Shown: piece after piece, positions 1 through 9,378 of the stretch
Layout of the letters: each line of letters starts with the position of its first letter
Position numbering within the stretch: the first letter of the stretch is position 1
Origin: a bacterium
GTDB lineage: Bacteria > Zhuqueibacterota > Zhuqueibacteria > Residuimicrobiales > Krinioviventaceae
Assembly: GCA_963693055.1 (NCBI GenBank)
Contig: OY843751.1
Location: 1,536,001-1,600,000 of the forward strand
Reading direction: 5' to 3'
Length of the DNA: 64,000 bases
Program-made: the position numbers and the translations under genes
Notes under the pieces: generated by a model
Seen by the model: only the letters and a program-made list of their open reading frames with translations
Databases searched by the model: none
What the model was told of the DNA's origin: nothing

Positions 1-1593
1 CTTTTGGAAAAAAGAACATTAACAAGTAAAACTTTTCTAAATTCAGATAATAGCTATACTACAGAAATTAGTTCAGGATTTGTTCATTATTTGGATGGAA
101 GCGGCAAGTACCAGGAAATAAATCGTAATATTGTTCCCTCATCAACTGATTATGATTTTGAAGTATCTGAAGGCATGTACCAGGTTTTTTTCAAGTCAGA
201 TATTAGCCAACCTAATGCTGTAGTTTGTCAAACCCGTGGTGGTGCAGGTATTAATACCCAGTTATGGGGAATGGGTTACCTTGATATTTCTACCAAAGAA
301 TACCAGGTATTACATAAAGTCCAACCAACTGATGCTGTAACAAAGGGAAATGAAATATATTATACAAATGTTTTTGAAAATGTTGATATGAGAATTCAAT
401 ATTCGGAAACAAAACTAAAAGAAGAAATCTTTTTAACCCAAAAAGCCAGAGCAAGCCTGCCTGTGCCCGAAAATTTTAAAATGAACAGCAAGCAGACATA
501 CCTGGTTTTTATTCATAAAATTGACATGGATATGCCTTCAATTGCGCCATTTGCTCAAAAACAATCATTAAAATCAAAATCAGAAGCTTATGAAGGTAAG
601 GATCGAATTGAATTCAAGGATATTAAAGGAGATGTTAAATTTTATTTGCCATTAGATTACGCTTTTCTGGAATCTGATAGAGACTCTGTATTCTCTGAAA
701 ACATAACAGAGATTACCAAGCGAATAATAGTTGAAAATGGAGAAAGATTCTTGATGGCTGGCGTACCTCTTTCATGGGTTGAGAACAGAACGGAGGGTAC
801 TATTGTATTTGATCCTACGGTTTCTATTCAACCTACTACTGCTGCGGTTGGGAAAGATGCAATGATTTTAGAGTACCCAGTTAATTCTGAATGTGTATAT
901 AAGAACTATGGAGCTTATGAAAGAATTTATGCAGAAACATCACGTCCTTGGAGGACATTGATACAATTTGATGTTTCATCTATACCAGAATCGGCTCAAA
1001 TTAATGAAGCAAATTTAACTTTGTATCTTTTGAAAAATGCATCTAATTCTGAAGCATCAAAGACATTGTATTGTTACCCTATTCTTAGAGAGTGGAAAGA
1101 AGGGTCTGCTGCAAATGCCGTTAATTCAAGTGCTTATGATGGGGTGACATGGTATGAACGCTTTTGGCTAAATTCAGTAAGCGTTGCAACTGCAAATAAT
1201 GCTTTTAACAGTAATGATCCATGGGATGAGAGCTTGGCCGATTGGCGCACTCAAGGTGGTGACTTTGGAAGTTTAACTGTTTCTAAGGTTATAACCGAAT
1301 TAGCATATCACTTTTGTGATGTTGATATTAAAGATGCAGTTGAAGGCTGGGTTGCTAATCCGGATGATAATTTTGGAATAATGTTGAAAACTGACGAATT
1401 AGTTACATACGCTACTTCATCATCTGCTTCTTCTGCTACAACTTATTACGAGTTTTGGTTTGTTGCCTCTGATAATACCAGTTATTCTTCAAGTTATTTT
1501 CCAAAACTGGTGATTGATTATACTCTTGAAACACGCAGTACCTATTATGTACGAGATGCAGCGGGTAATGTTATTGCCACCTATGAACGATAA
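1..1593 (+). CDS. 5'-truncated Rhs/WapA-associated protein: WapA-like N-domain + DNRLRE (CBM96-like) domain, ending in a single Rhs-type segment
   Basis: Frame is open from base 1. 'EKRTLTSKTF..VHY' resembles WapA-type N-termini. 'LIQFDVSSIP..A.LTLY..W.EG..W...GGD..W..NP..NFGIMLK..PKLVIDY' is DNRLRE-like. Ends 'YYVRDAAGNVIATYER'. Confidence 0.7.
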   Translation, partial: LLEKRTLTSKTFLNSDNSYTTEISSGFVHYLDGSGKYQEINRNIVPSSTDYDFEVSEGMYQVFFKSDISQPNAVVCQTRGGAGINTQLWGMGYLDISTKEYQVLHKVQPTDAVTKGNEIYYTNVFENVDMRIQYSETKLKEEIFLTQKARASLPVPENFKMNSKQTYLVFIHKIDMDMPSIAPFAQKQSLKSKSEAYEGKDRIEFKDIKGDVKFYLPLDYAFLESDRDSVFSENITEITKRIIVENGERFLMAGVPLSWVENRTEGTIVFDPTVSIQPTTAAVGKDAMILEYPVNSECVYKNYGAYERIYAETSRPWRTLIQFDVSSIPESAQINEANLTLYLLKNASNSEASKTLYCYPILREWKEGSAANAVNSSAYDGVTWYERFWLNSVSVATANNAFNSNDPWDESLADWRTQGGDFGSLTVSKVITELAYHFCDVDIKDAVEGWVANPDDNFGIMLKTDELVTYATSSSASSATTYYEFWFVASDNTSYSSSYFPKLVIDYTLETRSTYYVRDAAGNVIATYER

Positions 1594-1650
1594 TTGATCT
1601 GTTGAATTGCCGCCTTTATAATGACGGTGGCTATTTTAGGGAGATTTAAT

Positions 1651-2706
1651 ATGAAAATTAAAAAATATTTGCTTTTGATCGTAATTTTTTGTAGTATTTT
1701 AAATATTAATCTTTATGCCAGTGATGAATGGTCTTTTATGATCAATGACCATGTAGGGAATACCCGTGCTGTATTAGATGAATACGGCAATACCCGTGCT
1801 ATTTACGATTATTACCCATATGGACTTGAAATGCATTCGATGGTTAGCGGCAAGGAAACCCGATTCAAGTACACTGGGAAAGAATTGGATGAAGCTGGTG
1901 GGTTAAATTGGTATTACTATGGTGCTCGTTTTTATGATCCTCAAATTGGACGTTTTATGGGTGTTGATCCACTAGCTGTAAAATATCCAACATTAAGTCC
2001 TTATGTATATTCAGCAAATAATCCAGTAATGTTATTTGATGTTGATGGAAGATATATTATGCGAGGTAATATGGTTTTGAGGTATCCAATAGGTATGGCA
2101 TATACAATAGAATATGGTAGTATGGTTAGTACTTTAGGTGCATTTGCAATATATGGAACACAACATTTATTAGGGGATCATAATTACGATTTTTTTACCC
2201 TCGCATCACTAACACCTGCAGATAATGTTTTTATGATAGGTTCAAAATTAATGACTTATGCAAGTAAAACTGGAATAATAAGTGAAAAAGCATTGATGGT
2301 TGCTGGTTTATCTATGGGAAAATTGCCTCTTGATATGGTTCAAGGTTTAACTGATAATAATACAGTTAACAAAACATACCGTGATATGGCAATACAATAT
2401 GTATTAGTGAATTTAGGAGTTGCTGTAGATCGCACTCATAGATTATGTGCAGTGGATCGTACTTTTCCAACTATTGAAGTTGTGAATATGAAATTAATTG
2501 AATCTCTATTAGGATATAAAGCGAATCCAGCAGACTTTGTAGAGGTTGTAGAATCATTTTTTAAAATGAAAAAAAACGAATTTATTGAAGATCATGGAGA
2601 AAAGTTGTATGATAAATTAAAAGAAGCTTATGATAAAGAAAATACTTTTATGCCCTTGGATCGTGATAGATCATTTACATTTGATATACATTTTGAGATT
2701 AAATAA
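1651..2706 (+). CDS. Rhs repeat-associated core protein with its own signal peptide and a C-terminal putative toxin domain
   Basis: RBS GGGAG precedes ATG 1651 and a Sec-type leader MKIKKYLLLIVIFCSILNINLYA. Core motifs: DHVGNTR, YDYYPYG, RFKYTGKELD, YYYGARFYDPQIGRF..DP, NNPV..DVDG. Confidence 0.85.
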   Translation: MKIKKYLLLIVIFCSILNINLYASDEWSFMINDHVGNTRAVLDEYGNTRAIYDYYPYGLEMHSMVSGKETRFKYTGKELDEAGGLNWYYYGARFYDPQIGRFMGVDPLAVKYPTLSPYVYSANNPVMLFDVDGRYIMRGNMVLRYPIGMAYTIEYGSMVSTLGAFAIYGTQHLLGDHNYDFFTLASLTPADNVFMIGSKLMTYASKTGIISEKALMVAGLSMGKLPLDMVQGLTDNNTVNKTYRDMAIQYVLVNLGVAVDRTHRLCAVDRTFPTIEVVNMKLIESLLGYKANPADFVEVVESFFKMKKNEFIEDHGEKLYDKLKEAYDKENTFMPLDRDRSFTFDIHFEIK

Positions 2707-2869
2707 ATTCAGTTTACATCTCTTTTATGATAGCTTATATTTTTTGAAGAAAAACTATGAATTAAAAATAACCAAGAATCTATTAGTGAAAGTACTTAAT
2801 ATGACTATTAAAAATTCAAAATGAAAGAATGTATGGAAAATATTTAATATTAATCCATGATAAAGGAAA

Positions 2870-3973
2870 ATGGATATGATAAAAAAAGTTTTTATCTTTA
2901 TATTTGGAGTGCCATTTTATTTTGTATTACAAACATTGTGTGTTGCTGACGAACCAATATTGGGTGAAGGTAAATTTAATGCTGAAATTACAAATACTGC
3001 AAACATGATAGCCTTTATTCAAGACAAGAAAAATGATTATTTAATACAACCTGAAAATTCAGATATCTATTTATTAAATCCAAATAATGGTAAGCGACAA
3101 CACCTGACAGAAGATAAATATCAGTATGAAGAATTGCAATGGTCACCTGATGGCAGAAATATGTTGTTCACATGCAGACGTAATAATGATTTGGGAGCAA
3201 GTTTCGATGCTTCAGAGAATCCAGCCTATCTAGCTATTTATAGTTTTGACTCACTTGAGGAACGATTGTTGGAAAATGTGATTAAAAATAATGTTATAAA
3301 ATTGGGGAATACCTATTATAAAGGGAATAAAGATTTTAAATGGCACACTGAAGACAAATATTTCAATACTTCCAGAATTTCATGGCTTAATAATAATAGA
3401 ATCTCTTTCTTTAGGAAATTTCCATTTGGTATAGATAGAAGAATAGGAGATTTATGTACAACCGATTTACATGGTAATAATCTAAAAGTTTTTAGAGATT
3501 TTAAAAAACCTAGAAAATGGTTTGGTGGTAAAATCTGGTTAAATGAAATAACACTGTTATTTGTACACTTGTTAAATGAGGACAAGTGGGATTTAGTTAT
3601 GGTTAATACAAAAAATGATTCAATTATCCCACAAAATTATCCTCAAAATGATATTTATGAGATAGATGATATATTTTGTATTTCTAATAATAAAAAATAT
3701 TTACTTTGTGAGGAATCGAAATTTGACACAAAGATTAATAAACAATTTAATCGTATGGCTTTATATAATTTAGATACTGGCATAAAAAGGATTCTTATGA
3801 ATGATGTATTTGGTGCTTGTTTTTCACCTGATGATTCAATGATAGCATGTATTCATGGTGATCATTCGGGTAATAATGATATCTTTTTATTGGATATAAA
3901 CGGAAAAATTGTAAAACAATTAACTTTTGATGGAGGACGTAAAAGTTCAATTGACTGGTGTTCAGTGAAATAG
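2870..3973 (+). CDS. Secreted TolB-like (PD40) beta-propeller; candidate immunity protein
   Basis: Signal peptide, WSPDG and FSPDD motifs, 'KQLTFD..SSIDW'. Lies directly after the Rhs CT gene. Confidence 0.7.
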   Translation: MDMIKKVFIFIFGVPFYFVLQTLCVADEPILGEGKFNAEITNTANMIAFIQDKKNDYLIQPENSDIYLLNPNNGKRQHLTEDKYQYEELQWSPDGRNMLFTCRRNNDLGASFDASENPAYLAIYSFDSLEERLLENVIKNNVIKLGNTYYKGNKDFKWHTEDKYFNTSRISWLNNNRISFFRKFPFGIDRRIGDLCTTDLHGNNLKVFRDFKKPRKWFGGKIWLNEITLLFVHLLNEDKWDLVMVNTKNDSIIPQNYPQNDIYEIDDIFCISNNKKYLLCEESKFDTKINKQFNRMALYNLDTGIKRILMNDVFGACFSPDDSMIACIHGDHSGNNDIFLLDINGKIVKQLTFDGGRKSSIDWCSVK

Positions 3974-4167
3974 TATGTAGTTTTAAAGGTGGTCTAGATT
4001 TTAATTCGTTTTCAATTTCTGTATCTTGAAATCATAAAATACGTGCAAGAATATGTGGTATAGATTAATTTCTTAAAACACTAGCACACTGTTAATCTCG
4101 CCATAACTGGTGTTATTTAATTGTCTGAATTATGATTTACAGGATTAAAGGATTACAGGATTGAATT

Positions 4168-4262
4168 GACCTTGCAAAACTGATCATGGGGAGATTGTCT
4201 TCGTCACAACTCTGAATATACTTCATTATTCCATTTCGAATGCTTTGGTAGTTTTGCAGGTT
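4168..4262. mobile_element. MITE-like remnant with imperfect terminal inverted repeats
   Basis: GACCTTGCAAAACT (4168-4181) and AGTTTTGCAGGTT (4250-4262) flank about 70 bp with no ORF. Confidence 0.4.
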
Positions 4263-4459
4263 AGCTCTATTAACCATGTGGCCATTCTGCTAATAAAGAT
4301 AAATGATGCGTAAGTCGCATCCTGCCGGATCCGTCTGTACCGGTCAATCGAAATGAATTTCGTTCTACATGGTAATCCGCAGAAGATTTTCAGAGGCTTC
4401 TTGCAGGGCCGGTCCCGAAGTGAATTCGGAATGACCTCTAAATTATATCCCTTGAAACC

Positions 4460-4491
4460 AAAAAAGCCCCAGAAAAATTCTGAGGCTTTTT
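4460..4491. terminator. Bidirectional intrinsic terminator
   Basis: AAAAAAGCCCCAGAA-AAA-TTCTGAGGCTTTTT. Confidence 0.7.
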
Positions 4492-4621
4492 GTGTTCTTA
4501 CTTGAATATGTTATTCATGCCGCCTCGTGCTGCCTTATAAAGGCCCCTTGAGCATACGTCCTAAACGCTGCATGCGCAATCTTGAACACGGGAGCTAATA
4601 CAATTTCTTAAATTCCAACGT

Positions 4622-4736
4622 TTTTGAGACAAATTAAAAGCCTTCATTTTCAGGCTTTTTTTTATGCCTGATTGTGTCTCAAAAGTCGTCTCATATTCTA
4701 ATTCTTAAATCCCCAACATTATACCCTTTTTGAGAC
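4622..4736. repeat. IS-end-like TTTTGAGAC/GTCTCAAAA repeats (tandem MITE remnants)
   Basis: TTTTGAGAC at 4622 and 4728, GTCTCAAAA at 4676. Both TTTTGAGAC copies are preceded by a CTTAAAT..CCAAC motif. Confidence 0.45.
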
Positions 4737-4887
4737 TCTCCCAAAATCCTCAATATGAAAATACCAATTTAATTTTTTTCATTTTTTTCAAAAAAAATAC
4801 CAAAAAATCACCTTTGCATTGTATTTATTAATAGAGAGTCACTGATAAGAAAGGAGGTAATAAGGTGTAAAGGTGACTCATTAATTC

Positions 4888-5910
4888 ATGAATATCTATA
4901 AACAAATAAGAAATGAAACACAAGGTAAAATAATGATAAAACAAACTATAATTGAACACTCTAATAAGATAAAAGTATTAGCAGAGCAAAGAAAAATTGG
5001 TATGTTAGATTTTCCGTTTACGATGAATATGAACATCGGTTGCTTTTACGCATGCAATTATTGCTATTTACAAAGGAAAAATTTTTCACGTAACACCAAA
5101 TTTGGAGAAGAAGTAAAAGTCAAATTATGGCTTCCGGATAAACTTGATAAAGTACTTACCAGGTTAAAAGATCTACCAACGCACTTCAAAAGAGTACAAA
5201 TAAATAATTCTACAGAGGGGTTCCATCCCAAAGTAATCAAATACCTACGTGACAATCACAACCGTGATATATTTGAGGAGATCATCAACGTTTTTCGGAA
5301 GCATTGGGACGCTGGAAATCGTTGGATGTTACACCTTGTAACAAAGTCGAATTATATCACTAACTATGTTGATTTTTTAAGCGATGTGCGAGACATGCTT
5401 CAGGTCGAGCTCACAATAATTTCTGCTGACCAGGAGCTATGTCGACAACTTGAAGATTACGCTCCATCGGTAAATGCCAGATTGAAAGTTGTTAAAAAGT
5501 TATCTGATAATGATATTTTTGTACGAATAATGGCATCGCCATTTATGTCTACTTCATCAGACAAGGATCAAATTCACAATGAATTAAAGGCTCTTAAAGA
5601 TCTCACGTTTGACCACGGGGCAAAAGCTTTCAAAAATAAAGGCCTTAATTACTTTAACAGCGATGATGTGAGGTCAGGAAATGCTCGGCATGTTAAGCGA
5701 CAAACCAATGTATATTACGATGATTTAATTATTCAAAGTGGTGAAGACATGACTGAAGCTGAAACGATGAATTTATTAATGCCTCGTGATGAATATAAAA
5801 AGAATTGGGCCAGAAAAGATTATCTTAATCGGTTGGAGATGAAAGAAGTTGATGTTGTAAATTGGGGTTACAGTGGGATGAATAATTATGATTGGGGTAA
5901 TAATCGATGA
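4888..5910 (+). CDS. Radical SAM protein, spore-photoproduct-lyase-like (COG1533 type)
   Basis: GCFYACNYCY motif; VTKS, 'E..APSVNARL' and 'VRIMASP' motifs typical of the family. Confidence 0.8.
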   Translation: MNIYKQIRNETQGKIMIKQTIIEHSNKIKVLAEQRKIGMLDFPFTMNMNIGCFYACNYCYLQRKNFSRNTKFGEEVKVKLWLPDKLDKVLTRLKDLPTHFKRVQINNSTEGFHPKVIKYLRDNHNRDIFEEIINVFRKHWDAGNRWMLHLVTKSNYITNYVDFLSDVRDMLQVELTIISADQELCRQLEDYAPSVNARLKVVKKLSDNDIFVRIMASPFMSTSSDKDQIHNELKALKDLTFDHGAKAFKNKGLNYFNSDDVRSGNARHVKRQTNVYYDDLIIQSGEDMTEAETMNLLMPRDEYKKNWARKDYLNRLEMKEVDVVNWGYSGMNNYDWGNNR

Positions 5911-6072
5911 CAATTAATCAACAAGAATACGAAAATGATTGTATTATACAGTAAAATGAAAACTAAAAGATATAAGGAGATTTGACATCCTTAAATTTAA
6001 GATTACCCAAATAATCTATGAGCTGAAAAGATATAAAATAATCGTTAAGATAATAAACAAAGGATAATTGTA

Positions 6073-7011
6073 ATGGAAGCACTGGTAGTAAAACCACGAA
6101 AAATTCTGGATGTAAAATATCCGTCTCATAAAGATATTCAATATGTATACGGAATTGGTTGTGATGGATCTCTTCTATTGTTGAGACCTGATCAGAATGG
6201 AAGAAAGATTTTGCTTTCTTCTGGCAAAGAGAACAATGACTACAAAACGGTAAAGATAACCTACGAATTGCAAATAATAAAAAATAAAGATAAAAACACT
6301 GTGACAATTCAAGCTAGTGAAAAATTATTTCATAAGGTATTTTTAACGCCTGATAATAATATTTTACTTATTCACTATGATATATCTTCCGGGAGTATGG
6401 TCACTAGTAAAACATATTTTTATTATTATGATATGAACGGGAATTTTTTGAGAGAATATGTTTGTGATAAATTCCTGGATGAAATTTATGTGGATAGCAA
6501 TTGTAATATTTGGTCTACTTTCATAGTATGGGAAGAAGATGGGTGGAATAATCATCATTTTGTACTGCAAAAAATAAATGTAAAATCGGGTAGAGTAGAA
6601 CTTGAAAAACATTTGCACGACGGAAAGAATTATAGTGTATTACGTGCACTAAATATAAATAAAAATGATGAACCTTCTCTTTTTTATATCAATAAACAAG
6701 ATTATGAATTTATTGAATTTTCCGGAAACAAATTTAATAATGTGGAATTTGATGAACATTGGTGTGATCAATGTCGTGGTTTGTTATTAGGGGAAAATAT
6801 AAGAGCTTGTATCCTTTCTGATAAGGAAAGAATGGGTGAGATTTTTGTTCTTATAAATCCAGAAAAGTGTTATGATCGCATGAAGTTTTGTTATATTTAT
6901 AATAGAAAGAATAACCCCTTGTTGTTGTTTAAATTTTTATGCTATGGTGATATCTTGATAATGGTAACAGATAAAGCGATATATGAATTTAAACTTGGAG
7001 TCGACCAATAA
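6073..7011 (+). CDS. Hypothetical beta-rich protein
   Basis: 312-aa ORF followed by a terminator hairpin; no recognisable catalytic motif. Confidence 0.65.
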   Translation: MEALVVKPRKILDVKYPSHKDIQYVYGIGCDGSLLLLRPDQNGRKILLSSGKENNDYKTVKITYELQIIKNKDKNTVTIQASEKLFHKVFLTPDNNILLIHYDISSGSMVTSKTYFYYYDMNGNFLREYVCDKFLDEIYVDSNCNIWSTFIVWEEDGWNNHHFVLQKINVKSGRVELEKHLHDGKNYSVLRALNINKNDEPSLFYINKQDYEFIEFSGNKFNNVEFDEHWCDQCRGLLLGENIRACILSDKERMGEIFVLINPEKCYDRMKFCYIYNRKNNPLLLFKFLCYGDILIMVTDKAIYEFKLGVDQ

Positions 7012-7019
7012 TTAATAAA

Positions 7020-7045
7020 GGGTGCATCTGTTAAAAGGTGCACCC
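7020..7045 (+). terminator. Hairpin after the 6073 ORF
   Basis: GGGTGCATCT-GTTAAA-AGGTGCACCC. Confidence 0.5.
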
Positions 7046-7204
7046 CTATAAACTGCATCACTTATTGCATTACCTAATTGTGTTAAAACGCATGAAATCG
7101 AGTGAGAAATATACTTAATATTTGCTAATTTAACGTATTAGTTTTAAAAGACTTGTGTTGTAAATGCTTGTTTTTATTGAGTAGTAAAAATTAAGGGAGT
7201 GAGA

Positions 7205-7244
<40 letters not shown>

Positions 7245-7258
7245 ATGTAATAGCACTT

Positions 7259-7287
7259 ATTATACATAATTTTTATTTTTATTTCAA
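7259..7287 (-). promoter_or_regulatory. sigma70 promoter of the tRNA fragment
   Basis: TTGAAA-17 nt-TATAAT on the minus strand, 14 nt upstream of the tRNA 5' end. Confidence 0.8.
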
Positions 7288-7441
7288 CTGTTTTTTTATG
7301 TAGAATGAAATTTCTTGGGAATTATTTATCATTATACAATATTTTGTGTAAATAGTTTTAGGCTCTATGAAAAAGAAATATATTGAAAAACTGATATTTA
7401 TTCTTTATATATTTATAAACACTTAAAGATGGAGAGTTTAA

Positions 7442-8332
7442 ATGAAAAATCTAATGGTTTTGATGAATTTGTTATTAATTGTATTGTTTTCTGTATCTGC
7501 TTTTAGCGCCGAACCTGTAACTATGCCCTTGTATAAAGACGGAATTCAAGACAATCCGTTTAAACCTGCAAATAAAGAAAGAACAGTAAACCGAGAGGCT
7601 GATCAGAATGAAAAAGGATTAAACCGGGCTATTTATAATGTTACAGAACCCGTATTGGATATATATCTGGCCCCGGATACGGGAGCGAAAAATCCTGCGG
7701 TTGTTGTTTTCCCCGGTGGTGGTTTTACTCATGTAACTATTGATAAAGAGGGATATGATGTAGCCGAGTGGTTGAATAGTATGGGTGTATCTGCAATTGT
7801 TGTTACCTATCGCACAATTCCTGAAGAATTAGAACGTGGTTCAGCGCTTTCAAACAAGCTTCGTGAATATATCTTACAGGATGCAGTACAAGCTGTATGT
7901 TTAACACATGAAAAATCTAAAGAGTGGAATCTTGATACCGAAAAGATTGGTGTAATGGGATTCTCGGCAGGTGGAAATTTGTGTGGTTCTATTATTACAC
8001 AAATGTATGTGCCGAATGGCATGGATTATGAAACCGAGATTCGTCCGGATTTTGCATGCCTGGTTTATCCTGGTATTGGTGAGGCCCACAACGCCAAAGT
8101 AGATTCTTCATTGCCGCCGGTATTTATTACTGTAGCTATGGATGATCATACCACACCGGCCCCCAGAGCTATTTCATTTTTTGAAAAATTGTTAGAGAAT
8201 TCAGTTCCCACCGAGTTGCATATTTTTCAATGTGGATCGCATGGATTTGGTTTAGCTAAAAATAAGAGCGTTGCTAAAAGCTGGCCTTTTTTATTTGAGA
8301 ATTGGTTAAAGGAAAACGGTATAATAAAGTAA
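7442..8332 (+). CDS. Secreted alpha/beta hydrolase (carbohydrate esterase-like)
   Basis: PGGG oxyanion motif, GFSAGG nucleophile elbow, HGFG; signal peptide. Confidence 0.85.
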   Translation: MKNLMVLMNLLLIVLFSVSAFSAEPVTMPLYKDGIQDNPFKPANKERTVNREADQNEKGLNRAIYNVTEPVLDIYLAPDTGAKNPAVVVFPGGGFTHVTIDKEGYDVAEWLNSMGVSAIVVTYRTIPEELERGSALSNKLREYILQDAVQAVCLTHEKSKEWNLDTEKIGVMGFSAGGNLCGSIITQMYVPNGMDYETEIRPDFACLVYPGIGEAHNAKVDSSLPPVFITVAMDDHTTPAPRAISFFEKLLENSVPTELHIFQCGSHGFGLAKNKSVAKSWPFLFENWLKENGIIK

Positions 8333-8339
8333 ATAGAAA

Positions 8340-9368
8340 ATGACTGAATTGATCAAAGATGTAAATGAACTGGAAAAGATTTTATCAATGCCTTCGGATG
8401 GCCTGATTGAATATATGTCAGGTTTAGAGGGGGATATTGTAATCCTTGGTGCTGCCGGCAAGATGGGACCATCGCTGGCAAAGCTGGCAAAAAACGCATT
8501 AAAAGAATGCGGTAAATCGAATCGGGTAATTGCGGTATCCCGCTTTTCATCCGAACATGTGTTGAAGGATCTGGATAATGCGGGTATTGAGACTATTCGT
8601 GGTGACTTGCTGGATAAAGATTTTCTTGCAGGTCTGCCTAAAGCACAAAATGTTATTTATATGGCGGGACTAAAATTCGGCTCTACCGGAAATCCGGGTT
8701 TGACCTGGGCTATGAACACACATTTGCCTTCATTGGTGAGTGAAAAATTTAGTGATTCTCGAATTGTTGCCTTGTCTACCGGTAATGTGTATGCGTTTAG
8801 TACTGTGAGTAATGGGGGAAGCACGGAAAATGATCTTACCGATCCGGTGGGTGAATATGCCCAATCGTGTCTTGGCAGAGAACGAATGTTTGAGTATTTT
8901 AGTGAACTCAATTCTACATCTGTTTGTTTGATACGGTTAAATTATGCCGTTGAAACACGTTATGGTGTTTTGGTAGATGTTGCAACCCAAGTTTTTAACA
9001 ATGAACCGGTTGATGTTACCATGGGGTATGCGAATGTTATTTGGCAGGGCGATGCTAATACTATGATTTTAAGAGCATTGGATCAATGCCAATCTCCTGC
9101 TACTGTGTTAAATATTACCGGTCCGGAGATTTTATCAATTCGATGGCTGGCTGAACAATTTGCGGATTTAATGAACAAAGATGTTGAAATTGTTGGCAAA
9201 GAAGCTGATACCGCATTGTTAAATGACGCTTCAAAAGCTTTTTCTTTATTTGGCTCTCCACAAGTGGAGTTGAATACGATAATAGAGTGGACGGCAGATT
9301 GGATTATGAATAGTAAACCGTTGTTAAATAAACCTACACATTTTGAAACAAGATCTGGAAAATTTTAA
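8340..9368 (+). CDS. NAD-dependent epimerase/dehydratase
   Basis: GAAGKMG Rossmann motif; STGNVY; YAQSC. Confidence 0.85.
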   Translation: MTELIKDVNELEKILSMPSDGLIEYMSGLEGDIVILGAAGKMGPSLAKLAKNALKECGKSNRVIAVSRFSSEHVLKDLDNAGIETIRGDLLDKDFLAGLPKAQNVIYMAGLKFGSTGNPGLTWAMNTHLPSLVSEKFSDSRIVALSTGNVYAFSTVSNGGSTENDLTDPVGEYAQSCLGRERMFEYFSELNSTSVCLIRLNYAVETRYGVLVDVATQVFNNEPVDVTMGYANVIWQGDANTMILRALDQCQSPATVLNITGPEILSIRWLAEQFADLMNKDVEIVGKEADTALLNDASKAFSLFGSPQVELNTIIEWTADWIMNSKPLLNKPTHFETRSGKF

Positions 9369-9378
9369 GGGATTTAGA

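Noticed and set aside
4514-4597. 6S RNA or known riboswitch
   Set aside because: Only scattered short similarities (CTTGAAC, GGCGGCA) on opposite strands; too short for 6S.
3974-4887. CRISPR array, retron or DGR RNA in the long spacer
   Set aside because: No regularly spaced identical repeats, and no cas or reverse transcriptase gene in the window.
7012-7204. Group I intron interrupting the tRNA
   Set aside because: No intron core motifs and no 3' exon seen; an att-site fragment fits better.
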